Part shown: positions 26,034 through 36,228 of the stretch, in pieces
Layout: every line of letters begins with the position of its first letter
How positions within the stretch are numbered: position 1 is the stretch's first letter
From: an uncultured Clostridium sp.
GTDB lineage: Bacteria > Bacillota > Clostridia > TANB77 > CAG-508
Length of the DNA stretch: 64,000 nucleotides
Assembly (NCBI GenBank): GCA_946496575.1
Contig: CAMMHE010000002.1
Location: forward strand, 20,966-84,965
Reading direction: 5' to 3'
Made by a program: the position numbers and the translations under genes
The notes under the pieces: model-generated
What the model was told of the DNA's origin: nothing
The model's input: only the letters and a program-made list of their open reading frames with translations
Database searches by the model: none

Positions 26034-26879
26034 ATGTGCATGGGATTTGGTTGTAATGCTTGTGGAGTTACAGGGTGTAGAATAATAGATTCTCCTAGAG
26101 AAAGGTTAATTGCAATACTTACTAATAGTTTTGTTCCTTGTAATGGACGATATCCTATTTTAATAAGTATTGCTGGTATTTTCATTGCTAGTAGATTTTC
26201 TGGAATTGGTTCTTCTATTATTTCCACTATTTCAGTAGTTTTAGTAATATTACTTGGAATTGTTCTTTCTTTAATAGTTTCAAAAGTTTTATCTAAAACT
26301 GTTCTAAAGGGTATGCCATCTTCTATGGTTTTTGAATTACCTCCTTACAGAAGACCTCAATTTGGAAAGATTTTAGTACGATCTGTTTTAGATAGAACTT
26401 TATTTGTTCTGGGAAGGGCAATTGCTGTTGCTGCACCCGCTGGTCTTGTTATATGGTTATTTGCTAATATTGGAATTAATGATGTTTCTTTACTCACATA
26501 TGTTGCAAATTTTTTAAATCCTTTTGCAAAACTTCTTGGATTAGATGGATATATCTTAACAGCATTTATTTTTGGAATCCCTGCAAATGAAATTGTACTT
26601 CCTATTATATTAATGTGCTATCTTGGTGGCAATTCCTTAAGCAATATATCTGATACTTTTGAAATTGGAAATATTTTAAAATCTAATGGTTGGAATTTAC
26701 TTACTGCCCTAAATATGATGATTTTTACCGTTTTACATTTCCCTTGTACTACTACATTGCTTACTATAAAAAAAGAAACTGGTAAATGGAAATGGGTTTT
26801 ACTAGGATTTGCACTTCCTACTATTTGTGGAATTGTAATTTGTATGGGAACTACTTTGATTTATAATATTATTATATAG
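26034..26879 (+). pseudogene. feoB: feoB 3' remnant (C-terminal membrane part only; G domain missing)
   Basis: MGFGCNACGVTGCRIIDSPRERLIAILTNSFVPCNGRYP is the FeoB GFGCNVPA...R..T.L...F..C.AR.P signature, followed by gate/FeoB_C-type TM helices. The frame is closed at 25983..25985. The nearest upstream gene (24802..25815) is on the opposite strand, after a short noncoding gap, so about 350 or more N-terminal codons are absent. Confidence 0.7.
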
Positions 26880-26885
26880 ATACAA

Positions 26886-26906
26886 CGGAGGCTACAATGG
26901 CCTCCG
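26886..26906. terminator. Hairpin between the convergent feoB remnant and fhs
   Basis: CGGAGGC-TACAATG-GCCTCCG followed by CTTTCTTC. Confidence 0.55.
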
Positions 26907-26937
26907 CTTTCTTCAATTATACTTTCTGTTATCTTTT

Positions 26938-28602
26938 TTAGAATATTCCTACTATTTTTCCATTTTCATCAATATTAATGTGTTCTGCTGCTGGTTCTTT
27001 TGGAAGTCCTGGCATTGTCATTATTTTTCCTGTTATAATTACTATAAATTCTGCTCCTGATTTTAATATCACATCTTGAACATGAATTTTAAATGGCTCT
27101 TTTATTTCTAATAGTTGCGGATTGTCAGAAAAAGAGTATTGCGTTTTAGCTATACATATTGGTAATTCTTTATATCCCATGCTTTCAAATTTTTCTATTT
27201 TTTCCTTGGCTTTTTCATCTATTTCTATTCCTTCTGCTCCATATATATTTTTTGCAACTTTCTCTATTTTTTCTCTTATACTATCTTTTAAATCATATGT
27301 ATATTTTAATTTTCTTTTTTCATTTTCTGTTAATTCCACAAGTTTTTTAGCAATATCTATTGCTCCTTCTGAACCTTTCTCCCAACTTTCTACTAAACTT
27401 ATTTTTATTCCTCTTTTATTTAATTGTTGTGTTAAATATTCAATTTCTCGTTTTGTATCTGTGTTAAATTTGTTTAATGCTACTATTACATTTATTCCAA
27501 ATTTATTTTTTAAATTATCTATATGCCTATATAAATTTTCCATTCCTATCTGTAAGGCCTCTAGATTTTCTTCTTTTAGTAGCTCCTTTTTTGCCCCTCC
27601 ATGATATTTCAATGCTTTTATTGTTGCTACACATACTATAATATCTGGAGTAATGTTTGCTTTTCTACATTTTATATTTAAAAATTTTTCAGCACCTAAA
27701 TCTGCTCCAAACCCTGCTTCTGTTATTGTATAATCTGCCAATTTTAATGCCAGTTTTGTAGCTATTATACTATTACATCCATGTGCAATATTAGCAAAAG
27801 GTCCCCCATGCATTATACATGGTGTGTGTTCTAATGTTTGTATTAAATTTGGCTTTATAGCATCTTTTAATAAAACTGCCATTGCTCCCTCTGCCTTTAA
27901 TTGCTTCGCATATATTGGTTTTTCTTCAATATTATATCCTATAACTATATTCCCTAATCTTCTTTTTAAATCTTCTATGTTCTCACTCAAACATAATATT
28001 GCCATTATTTCTGATGCTACACTAATGTCAAATCCATCTTCTCTTGGAACAATTTTATTTTCTTTAGATAGTCCTGTTTCTATAACTCTTAATTGTCTAT
28101 CATTTAAATCTACACATCTTTTCCATGTTACAGTTTTTATTTGTAAATTATTTCCGTGATATATATGATTATCTATCATCGCAGATAATAGGTTATTTGC
28201 TGATGTTATGGCATGAATATCACCAGTAAAATGCAAGTTTATATCTTCCATTGGTGCAACTTGAGCTTTTCCTCCACCTGTTGCTCCTCCTTTAACTCCA
28301 AATACTGGACCTAATGATGGTTCTCTTAATGCTAATATAGCTTTTTCTCCTATTTTAGATAATCCATCTGCTATTGCAATCGACATAGTTGTTTTCCCTT
28401 CGCCTAATGGTGTTGGACTAATGGCTGTTACTAATATTAATTTTCCATCTGGTTTATTTTCTATTTTTTTATATACATCATCTGTAATTTTCGCTTTATA
28501 TTTTCCATATAATTCTATATCTTTTTCATCAATATTTAGCTTTTGAGCAATTTCTTTTATATCACATATTTGTGCATTTCTTGCAATTTCTAAATCTGTC
28601 AT
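26938..28602 (-). CDS. fhs: Formate--tetrahydrofolate ligase
   Basis: GEGKTTMSIAIADGL, REPSLGPVFGVKGGATGGG, PMEDINLHFTGDIHAIT. Likely start MTDLEIARNA (Met 12 of the track ORF). Confidence 0.95.
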   Translation of the reverse strand: MTDLEIARNAQICDIKEIAQKLNIDEKDIELYGKYKAKITDDVYKKIENKPDGKLILVTAISPTPLGEGKTTMSIAIADGLSKIGEKAILALREPSLGPVFGVKGGATGGGKAQVAPMEDINLHFTGDIHAITSANNLLSAMIDNHIYHGNNLQIKTVTWKRCVDLNDRQLRVIETGLSKENKIVPREDGFDISVASEIMAILCLSENIEDLKRRLGNIVIGYNIEEKPIYAKQLKAEGAMAVLLKDAIKPNLIQTLEHTPCIMHGGPFANIAHGCNSIIATKLALKLADYTITEAGFGADLGAEKFLNIKCRKANITPDIIVCVATIKALKYHGGAKKELLKEENLEALQIGMENLYRHIDNLKNKFGINVIVALNKFNTDTKREIEYLTQQLNKRGIKISLVESWEKGSEGAIDIAKKLVELTENEKRKLKYTYDLKDSIREKIEKVAKNIYGAEGIEIDEKAKEKIEKFESMGYKELPICIAKTQYSFSDNPQLLEIKEPFKIHVQDVILKSGAEFIVIITGKIMTMPGLPKEPAAEHINIDENGKIVGIF

Positions 28603-28657
28603 ATTTTTATTTATGTTAATTATAAAAACTAACATTCTCCTTTCCTATTATTTATTA

Positions 28658-29098
28658 TTATGCCACTAATCCTACAACTACTCCTATTGTAGCTCCTACT
28701 ATTACCTGTATTGGTGTATGCCCTAGAACCTCTACTAATCTTTCTTGTACTTGTACTGTTGAAAGTCCTGGAGTTTCAACTATTTTATTTAATAATTTTG
28801 CTTGTTTTCCAGCTGCTCTTCTTACTCCTGCTGCATCATACATTACAATGAAAGAAAATACAAGTGCTAATGCAAACAATGATGTGTTTACACCATCATA
28901 TTTTCCTATTAAAGTTGTAAGAACTACTACAACTGCTGAATGTGAACTTGGCATTCCCCCAGCTCCCATTATTCTTTTAAAATTAAATTTTTTTGTTGTT
29001 ATTAAATCACATATCACTTTAAAAGTTTGTATAAAAAACCATAATAAAAATGGTATATATATGTATTTATTATTTATAATTTGTATTATTGTATTCAT
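28658..29098 (-). CDS. Divergent PAP2 family membrane protein (DUF212)
   Basis: GGMPSSHSAVV...MYDAAGVRRAAGKQA...GHTPIQV. Confidence 0.8.
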   Translation of the reverse strand: MNTIIQIINNKYIYIPFLLWFFIQTFKVICDLITTKKFNFKRIMGAGGMPSSHSAVVVVLTTLIGKYDGVNTSLFALALVFSFIVMYDAAGVRRAAGKQAKLLNKIVETPGLSTVQVQERLVEVLGHTPIQVIVGATIGVVVGLVA

Positions 29099-29113
29099 TT
29101 TTCTCCCCTAAAA

Positions 29114-29344
29114 TTATGTATTAAAATTTTCTTCTTGAATCTCTCCATCATTTTCAAGCAAGATAGTTATTCTTTTTTCTGAATCTTCCAAAATTTTATT
29201 ACATTCTTTTGAAATTTTCATTCCTTCCTCAAATTTTTTCACTGATTCATCTAAATTTAAGTCTCCTTTTTCTAATTCTTCAACTATATTTTCTAATGAT
29301 TTCATTAATTCTTCAAAGTTTTTACTTTCTTCTTTCTTACTCAT
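29114..29344 (-). CDS. xseB: Exodeoxyribonuclease VII small subunit
   Basis: FEELMKSLENIVEELEKGDLNLDESVKKFEEGMKISKEC; size and context with xseA. Confidence 0.9.
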   Translation of the reverse strand: MSKKEESKNFEELMKSLENIVEELEKGDLNLDESVKKFEEGMKISKECNKILEDSEKRITILLENDGEIQEENFNT

Positions 29345-29413
29345 TTTAAATTCCTTCCTAGATAAAGACTTTTCAATTCCATCAATTTGTTTTTATTAAT
29401 ATAGATTTATTCT

Positions 29414-29890
29414 TTAGTATTCGTTTGCTTCCCATGTTGTTCCATCTACTATATACCATGTAATTGCTGTTCCATTATTAATTTTAATTATATAGTCTTC
29501 TTCTTCCATGTGGTCAAAACTAACTATTTCTCCATCTGCAGCATATTCTTTAGTAACTATATCAATTGCTTTTTCTTTACCTGTAAGATTTTGTTGTTCA
29601 TGTTGCTCATTTTCTGTACTTTCTATATTTTCATTATTATTATCTTCTTGTTGAATATTTTCCTCTTGACTTTCTTCTTCTTCCTTGCCCATATAGACAT
29701 TTTCTGAAGTATTTTTATCTGTACTGTTTGACAGATTTTCAGATAAATTATTATTTATGGTCGTATTATTATCCCCTTGTATATTATTACTATTTGTTTG
29801 TTTTGTGTCATGACTATATACATAATATAATATTGCTACTATTGCTACTATAACTATTAAAATTATAATTACTTGTTTTAAATATTTCAT
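29414..29890 (-). CDS. Membrane-anchored protein with an N/E/Q-rich low-complexity linker, unknown function
   Basis: N-terminal TM VIIILIVIVAIVAILYYVY, low-complexity spacer, small C-terminal domain. Lies between xseA and xseB. Confidence 0.5.
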   Translation of the reverse strand: MKYLKQVIIILIVIVAIVAILYYVYSHDTKQTNSNNIQGDNNTTINNNLSENLSNSTDKNTSENVYMGKEEEESQEENIQQEDNNNENIESTENEQHEQQNLTGKEKAIDIVTKEYAADGEIVSFDHMEEEDYIIKINNGTAITWYIVDGTTWEANEY

Positions 29891-29921
29891 ATTTTTTCTC
29901 CTTACTGTTTTTTATTTAGTT

Positions 29922-31109
29922 TCAAATTATTTTGGCTTTTCTTTCTCCATCTGTAAATCTTAATTTAACTTCTTCATTCTGTTTTAATTCAATAGCTTTT
30001 TTTATAATTCTATTATTAGTTTCTACTAAACAATATCCCCTTGTTAAAGTTTTAAGAGGACTTAAGCTGTCTAATTTTGTTGTTACACCTATAAATTGAT
30101 TCTTAAATGTATACATTGTTTTTTCTATAATATTTTCCATTATTTTTACATAACTGTCTACTTTTAGTAAATTATCATTTATTTTTTGCATTGGTCTTTT
30201 AAATGTTCTAGATTGCATGCATTTTTCATATCTTAATCTCATTAACTCTATTTTTCTTTTTAGTAAAATTCTAAATCTATTTTGATATACACTTATGGTA
30301 TTTTTTAATTCAAATATATCTGGAACAGCTAATTCTGCTGCAGCTGACGGAGTAGGTGCTCTTAAATCTGCGACAAAATCTGAAATTGTAAAATCTGTTT
30401 CATGACCTACTGCCGAAATTATTGGTAAATTAGATTTATAAATTGCTCTTGCTACACATTCTTCGTTAAATGGCCATAAATCTTCAATTGATCCTCCACC
30501 TCTTGCGATAATAATTACATCTGCTAATTGCTTTTCATTCATGATTTCTATACCTTTAGCTATTTTTTCCGCTGCACCTTCTCCTTGAACTGGTACAGGT
30601 AGTAATTTAATGTTAACATTTGGATTTCTCCTTGTTGAAACATTTATTATGTCTCTTATTACAGCTCCTGTTTGTGAGGTAAGTACTCCTATGACTTTTG
30701 GAACAATTGGAATATTTTTTTTGTTTGATATGTCAAATAGTCCTTCCTTTTCTAGCTTTTCTTTTAGCTCTTCATATTTCTTATATAAGCTTCCCATTCC
30801 ATCTTCTTGCATTGCTTTTACATATATTTGATAAATTCCATCTCTTTCAAATACCGATACACTACCAAAAACCATTACTTTCATTCCATCTTTTGGCATA
30901 AATTCTAGTTTTTCTGTATAACTTTTAAACATTATGCATTTTATTAAAGATTTTTCATCTTTTAATGTAAAATAAAGATGTCCTGTGTAATGGTTTTTAA
31001 AATTTGATACCTCACCTTTTACTAGTACGTTTGCTAGTATTTCATCTGATACTATTTTTTCTTTTATATATGAATTTAATTCTGAAACTGTTATTGCTTG
31101 ATATTTCAT
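29922..31109 (-). CDS. xseA: Exodeoxyribonuclease VII large subunit
   Basis: VSELNSYIKE...GEVSNFKNHYTGHLYFTLKD...IARGGGSIEDLWPFN...VGHETDFT. Confidence 0.93.
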   Translation of the reverse strand: MKYQAITVSELNSYIKEKIVSDEILANVLVKGEVSNFKNHYTGHLYFTLKDEKSLIKCIMFKSYTEKLEFMPKDGMKVMVFGSVSVFERDGIYQIYVKAMQEDGMGSLYKKYEELKEKLEKEGLFDISNKKNIPIVPKVIGVLTSQTGAVIRDIINVSTRRNPNVNIKLLPVPVQGEGAAEKIAKGIEIMNEKQLADVIIIARGGGSIEDLWPFNEECVARAIYKSNLPIISAVGHETDFTISDFVADLRAPTPSAAAELAVPDIFELKNTISVYQNRFRILLKRKIELMRLRYEKCMQSRTFKRPMQKINDNLLKVDSYVKIMENIIEKTMYTFKNQFIGVTTKLDSLSPLKTLTRGYCLVETNNRIIKKAIELKQNEEVKLRFTDGERKAKII

Positions 31110-31112
31110 ATT

Positions 31113-31517
31113 TTATCCTTCTTTTACTATACTTGCTAATATTCCATTTATGAATTTTTTTGATTGTTCTTCTCCATATCTTTTTGCTAATTCCACAACT
31201 TCATTTATTACAACTTTATAAGGCAAATTTTTGTATTTTATTTCATAAATAGCAAGTTTTAATAGACTTATATCAACTTTCGAGATTCTTTCTACTTTCC
31301 AGTCCTCTTTTAGATTTTTTTGTATTAAATTTGTTATCTCATCTTTGTTTATTTTTATTCCTTCTAATACATCTTTTATATATTCAATTGCATTTTTATC
31401 TTTTATATTATTTGCTTCTAAAAATAATTCTAATTGTTCATTTAAGTTTCCTTCTTTTTGGACTTCTTGACTATAAATTATTCTAAACGCCAATTCTCTA
31501 ATAGCTGATCTGTTCAT
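31113..31517 (-). CDS. nusB: Transcription antitermination factor NusB
   Basis: [13 protein letters not shown]...[11 protein letters not shown]...[14 protein letters not shown]...FINGILA. Confidence 0.9.
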   Translation of the reverse strand: MNRSAIRELAFRIIYSQEVQKEGNLNEQLELFLEANNIKDKNAIEYIKDVLEGIKINKDEITNLIQKNLKEDWKVERISKVDISLLKLAIYEIKYKNLPYKVVINEVVELAKRYGEEQSKKFINGILASIVKEG

Positions 31518-31559
31518 TTTTTAGCTCATGTTAGCTGTCAGCTAACATTTCCTCCTCTT

Positions 31560-31763
31560 TTACATTTTATCGATAAACTTTTTTATTCTATCTTTTACTT
31601 CATCTTTATTTTGTTGCACATAATTTCCAAGAAATGCACCTATAAAAATTACTACAATTCCAACAAGTAAATTGTATAATCTTGTTAATAATATTAATAC
31701 TGCTATAATTATTCCTATTATTGCACCTTTATATTGATCCCAAAAACTTTTAAATCCTCCCAT
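31560..31763 (-). CDS. Small integral membrane protein (DUF2273-like) of the Asp23 cluster
   Basis: 67 aa, two TMs, position downstream of asp23-amaP. Confidence 0.6.
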   Translation of the reverse strand: MGGFKSFWDQYKGAIIGIIIAVLILLTRLYNLLVGIVVIFIGAFLGNYVQQNKDEVKDRIKKFIDKM

Positions 31764-31789
31764 TATTATAACATCCTTTCATTTTTATA

Positions 31790-32344
31790 TTATCCAATGC
31801 TTTCTTTTTTAGGCACATAATTTTTTATTTTTATATTTACTTCTTTTACATCTAAATCCAATGTATCTTTTATTACTGTCTTAATTTTTTCTTGAAGGTT
31901 TGCAGAAAGTTCTTTTATTATGACATTTTCCCCAACATTTAATGTTAATGATATTACTAAATTATTTTCTTTATTTAGAAAAATGTTACTTGTTGCTTCA
32001 CTAACACTCTCAAAGCCAGTTATTATTGTATTTACTAAACTTTCTATTGTTTCTTTTGAAATCATTAGTTTACCACTTTCATTTTGTAATAAAACACCTT
32101 GGCCATTTTTTTCATCTTCTTTATTAGCTGATCCAAAAAATATGCATTTTATTGATAATATTATAAATATTATATTAATAATTAATATTATTGTTGAAAT
32201 TGTTTCCCCTTGTAATGTTGACATTACTGTTTTTCCTATAATCTCTGAATCTATCCATCCAAATATTATTAAAGATGTTATTATTGCTAGTGCTAAAACT
32301 ATATATGAATATATTACTAAAACTATTTTTTCTAATATTTTCAT
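31790..32344 (-). CDS. amaP: Alkaline shock response membrane anchor protein AmaP-like
   Basis: Two N-terminal TMs plus a soluble tail, directly downstream of asp23. Confidence 0.6.
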   Translation of the reverse strand: MKILEKIVLVIYSYIVLALAIITSLIIFGWIDSEIIGKTVMSTLQGETISTIILIINIIFIILSIKCIFFGSANKEDEKNGQGVLLQNESGKLMISKETIESLVNTIITGFESVSEATSNIFLNKENNLVISLTLNVGENVIIKELSANLQEKIKTVIKDTLDLDVKEVNIKIKNYVPKKESIG

Positions 32345-32387
32345 TTTATTTTCTCCATTTCTTTTAGTTAAATTAAATATTCTAAAT

Positions 32388-32867
32388 TTAATTATTGTTT
32401 TGTGAGTCTACTGATTGTTGATTATTTTCATGTTCTATATTTTGTTTTTTTTCTGTTTCTATACTAACACCTTGAACATGTACATTTACTTCTGTTACTT
32501 TTAATCCTGTCATACTTTCTATTGACTTCTTTACTCTGTTTTGTATTTCAAATGCTATATCTGGAATTCTTGTGCCATATTCTACAATTATATTTACATC
32601 TATTTTTACTTTTCCGTCTTCGGATTCTACTTTTATACCTTTTGCTAAATTTTTCTTTCCACTTAATACTTCACCAATTCCTCCTGCAAATCCACCTTGC
32701 ATGCTAGCAACTCCTCTAACTTCTGATACTGCTACACCTGCAATTACTGCTACTACATCATTTGAAATTTTTATTCCTAAATTTTCTTGATTTATTTCTT
32801 CTTTCACTTCCTCTTGCATTTCTTCTACTTTTTCTTTTACTTTATCTTCTTCCATAAATACCTCCAT
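32388..32867 (-). CDS. Asp23/Gls24 family envelope stress protein
   Basis: ISNDVVAVIAGVAVSEVRGVASM...VNIIVEYGTRIPDIAFEIQNRVKKSIESMTGL. Confidence 0.85.
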   Translation of the reverse strand: MEVFMEEDKVKEKVEEMQEEVKEEINQENLGIKISNDVVAVIAGVAVSEVRGVASMQGGFAGGIGEVLSGKKNLAKGIKVESEDGKVKIDVNIIVEYGTRIPDIAFEIQNRVKKSIESMTGLKVTEVNVHVQGVSIETEKKQNIEHENNQQSVDSQNNN

Positions 32868-32979
32868 TTGAGCTATATGCTCTAAATATTTTTTTGAGTT
32901 TTACTATTAATAATAAATCTCAATTTTTATACATTATAGTATAGCAATTTTTTATTTACTTTTCAACTATTTTTTGTAT

Positions 32980-33954
32980 TTATTTAAATATTTTACCTAT
33001 TTCAATTTTATTTCCTCTTAAATATTCTTCGGTTTTCATTCTTCTAGAATTTTGACCTTGAATTTCTAATATTTTTATTATCCCTTCTTTAGCTTTTACA
33101 TATAAACCTTCTTTAGCTCCTGACAAAATTATAGTACCAAATTCTATATTTTCATTCATACCAACTTGTTTTGATATATTCATTATTTCATTTCTATCAT
33201 TAATTAATGTTACTTTCCAAATTTTTATCTTTTTATCATCCAAATAGGTATATGCTCCCATAATTGGATCTAATCCTCTGACTAAATTTTTTATTTTTGT
33301 TGCTGTCATGTTTTTCCAATCTATTTTTGCATCTTCTTTTTGTAGCATTGGTGCTATGGAAAAGTCTGTTCCTTGCTTTTTTCTTGATACTATACCTTGT
33401 TCTATGTTTTGTAATGTTTTAACTAATAATTTTGCTCCTATTTTTGATAATTTTGTCCATATTTCTCCTGTGGTTTCGTTTTCTCCTATTTCTAATTCTT
33501 CTTTTAGGATCATATCACCTGTATCCATTCCTTCATCCATATACATTGTTGTAATACCAGTTTTTTTATCTCCATTAATAACTGCCCATTGTATTGGTGC
33601 AGCCCCTCTATATTTTGGAAGTAATGATCCATGAACATTTATACATCCTTTTTTAGGAAGTTCGATTATTTCTTTTGGCAATATTTTTCCATATGCTACA
33701 ACACATATTATATCTGGATTTAATTTTTTTATTTGTTCTACAAATTCTACATTTTTCTTTATTTTTTCTGGTTGATAAATTTGTAAATTTTTTTCTAAAG
33801 CATATTGTTTTACAGGTGATAATGCCATTTTCATGCCTCTCCCGCTAGGTCTGTCTGGATTTGTAACAACGCCTAAAATTTCATAATTAGCCTCATAGAT
33901 TTCTTTTAATGATTCTTTAGCAAAGTCTGGGGTTCCCATAAAAACTATTTTCAT
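32980..33954 (-). CDS. fmt: Methionyl-tRNA formyltransferase
   Basis: KIVFMGTPDFA...VVAYGKILP...INVHGSLLPKYRGAAPIQWAVING. Confidence 0.93.
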   Translation of the reverse strand: MKIVFMGTPDFAKESLKEIYEANYEILGVVTNPDRPSGRGMKMALSPVKQYALEKNLQIYQPEKIKKNVEFVEQIKKLNPDIICVVAYGKILPKEIIELPKKGCINVHGSLLPKYRGAAPIQWAVINGDKKTGITTMYMDEGMDTGDMILKEELEIGENETTGEIWTKLSKIGAKLLVKTLQNIEQGIVSRKKQGTDFSIAPMLQKEDAKIDWKNMTATKIKNLVRGLDPIMGAYTYLDDKKIKIWKVTLINDRNEIMNISKQVGMNENIEFGTIILSGAKEGLYVKAKEGIIKILEIQGQNSRRMKTEEYLRGNKIEIGKIFK

Positions 33955-34814
33955 TCCTTTATCTCCTTATAATTTAATATTAAATCTGTAAGATTTGAAA
34001 AATCTTCTATAGTTAATTCTTCTGCTCTTGCATTTGGATTTATTTTTAACTTTTCAAAAACTTCAATTGCTTTTTTCTTATCTGAAAATACTTTTCCATT
34101 TGTTAATGCATTTAATAATGTTTTCCTTCTTTGTAGAAATGCAATTTTTATAATTTTAAACATTTCTTGATAGTTTTTGGTTTTTACTGGTGGTACTTTT
34201 CTTAATATTAATTTGATTATTTCTGATGTTACTTCTGGTTCTGGAATAAAAGAAGTTTTGTCAACTTCTAGTATCTTTTCAGCTGTACAATAGTAATACA
34301 CTGTATATGTTATTGCTCCTGCTAGTTTTTCTCCAGGTATAGCAATTAATCTTTCTGCTACTTCTTTTTGTATCATAACAGTTATACTTTCTATTTGCAA
34401 TTTTTCCTCTAATAATTTCATTATTATTGGTGTTGTTATATAATAGGGTAAATTTGCAACGATTTTACATTTTTTGTTCTCTTTATCTATTATTTCATTT
34501 AGATTAATTTTTAATATGTCATCATTTATTATTTCAAAATTTTTATACATATGAAATCTGTCTTTTAATATTTTTACCATATTTTTATCTAATTCTATAC
34601 AAATTACTTTTCCTGCTTTATCTAATAATTGTTTTGTTAATGTTCCTAAACCTGGTCCTATTTCTATTATTAAGTCTTCATTTGTTATATTGGCACTATC
34701 TATTATGTGTTCTATTACATTTTGATTTATTAAAAAGTTTTGTCCTAAATTTTTATTAGGTTTTATATTATATTTTTTTAATATAAAATTTGTTTCTTCT
34801 TGAATTGTTAACAT
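33951..34814 (-). CDS. rsmA: 16S rRNA (adenine1518/1519-N6)-dimethyltransferase
   Basis: KNLGQNFLINQNVI...IIEIGPGLGTLT...VANLPYYITTPI. Confidence 0.93.
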   Translation of the reverse strand: MLTIQEETNFILKKYNIKPNKNLGQNFLINQNVIEHIIDSANITNEDLIIEIGPGLGTLTKQLLDKAGKVICIELDKNMVKILKDRFHMYKNFEIINDDILKINLNEIIDKENKKCKIVANLPYYITTPIIMKLLEEKLQIESITVMIQKEVAERLIAIPGEKLAGAITYTVYYYCTAEKILEVDKTSFIPEPEVTSEIIKLILRKVPPVKTKNYQEMFKIIKIAFLQRRKTLLNALTNGKVFSDKKKAIEVFEKLKINPNARAEELTIEDFSNLTDLILNYKEIKE

Positions 34815-34883
34815 TTTATTTCCTCTTTCTTTTTGATACGCTTATTTTATCACAAATTTATTATTAATATCAAGTTCATATTT

Positions 34884-35237
34884 TTATATTACTTGCTTTA
34901 TATGATTAATTTCATATTTATTGCTTGATATATAAATTTCTATTACATCAATCCTTATATTGAAATTTTTTATATTGTTTATGTATAAATAATATTTTGC
35001 CGTTTTCACTATGTGATTTTTCTTTATATATGTTACTGCCTCTGATGCTCTTCCAAATTTGAGATTTGTTCTTGTTTTCACTTCTATAAATATTATTTTG
35101 CCTTCATTATTAGCTATTATATCTATTTCTCCTTGCTTACACCTAAAATTTTGTTGAATGATTTTATAATTATTCTGTTTTAAATATTTTATTGCTAATT
35201 TTTCGCCTAATCTTCCTATTTCATGCCTTTTATACAT
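34884..35237 (-). CDS. yraN: YraN family endonuclease (UPF0102)
   Basis: GRLGEKLAIKYLKQNNYKIIQQNFRCKQGEIDIIA...IFIEVKTR. Confidence 0.8.
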   Translation of the reverse strand: MYKRHEIGRLGEKLAIKYLKQNNYKIIQQNFRCKQGEIDIIANNEGKIIFIEVKTRTNLKFGRASEAVTYIKKNHIVKTAKYYLYINNIKNFNIRIDVIEIYISSNKYEINHIKQVI

Positions 35238-35253
35238 TCATTTTTCCTCCACT

Positions 35254-36228
35254 TTATTTTTTTATTTTTCTATATTTTTTATTTGATAATTCTTCTACAA
35301 TTCCATCAAGTTTTAACATCATTAGTTTATAGGTAACTTCACTTACAGTTCTATTTAATTCTAAAGCAATTTCATTTATATCTTTTGGTCTTTCATTTAA
35401 TGCTTTATATATTTCTAGATTTTCTTCATCAATTTTGATGATTTCTTGGCTTTTATTTTTTAATTTTTTTATTTGATTTTTCTGACTCCATGTTTTCTTA
35501 ATAGCTAATTTTGTAAAATCAAAATTTGGCTTTGTATTTAATTTTAATTCAGGATATTCATTAATTATGTCTTCAATGCTTGTAACCATTTTTGCTCGCC
35601 CCATCTTTATCATTTTATTTGTTCCTTCTCCTTTTGAGTTGAAAAGGCTAGCTGGTATGCAAAATGACTTTTTACATTGTTTTGTTGCATTAGATACAGT
35701 TATACTAGTTCCACTTCTTGACTCTGCTTCAATAACTAATACTCCAATTGATAGCCCACTCATTATTCGATTTCTTTGTTTACAACTTTCTATAGTTTTT
35801 TTAAATTCTGGCTCATATTCAGTTACTATTGTTCCATTATTTTTTAAAATTTTATTAACTAATTCTTCATTTTCTTTAGGAAAAATATTTTCAATTCCAC
35901 ATGGCAATACTGCTATTGTTTTTCCCTTTGATTGTAAACAACTTTTATGTGCACATGTGTCTATTCCAATTGCTAGTCCACTAATTATATTAAAATTATA
36001 GCCTACTAAATTATTAACAAATATTTTGCAAACTTTTTTTCCATAATTTGAGCAATGTCTACTTCCAATTACTGCAATTCCAATTTCTTTTAAATTTTGG
36101 ATATTACCCTTTACATATAATTGTTTTGGCGGATCTTCTATTTTTCTTAATTGTTCTGGATATTCTTTATCTTGAATTTTAAGTGTTTTTATCTCATTTT
36201 TCATTTTTATCACCTTATTTAATTTCAT
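35254..36228 (-). CDS. dprA: DNA-processing protein DprA
   Basis: IAVIGSRHCSNYG...SGLAIGIDTCAH...TIAVLPCG...NRIMSGLS. Confidence 0.9.
   Translation of the reverse strand: MKLNKVIKMKNEIKTLKIQDKEYPEQLRKIEDPPKQLYVKGNIQNLKEIGIAVIGSRHCSNYGKKVCKIFVNNLVGYNFNIISGLAIGIDTCAHKSCLQSKGKTIAVLPCGIENIFPKENEELVNKILKNNGTIVTEYEPEFKKTIESCKQRNRIMSGLSIGVLVIEAESRSGTSITVSNATKQCKKSFCIPASLFNSKGEGTNKMIKMGRAKMVTSIEDIINEYPELKLNTKPNFDFTKLAIKKTWSQKNQIKKLKNKSQEIIKIDEENLEIYKALNERPKDINEIALELNRTVSEVTYKLMMLKLDGIVEELSNKKYRKIKK

Noticed and set aside
26015-26227. 70-aa minus-strand ORF overlapping the feoB remnant.
   Set aside because: It is antisense to clear FeoB C-terminal homology and has no start signals.
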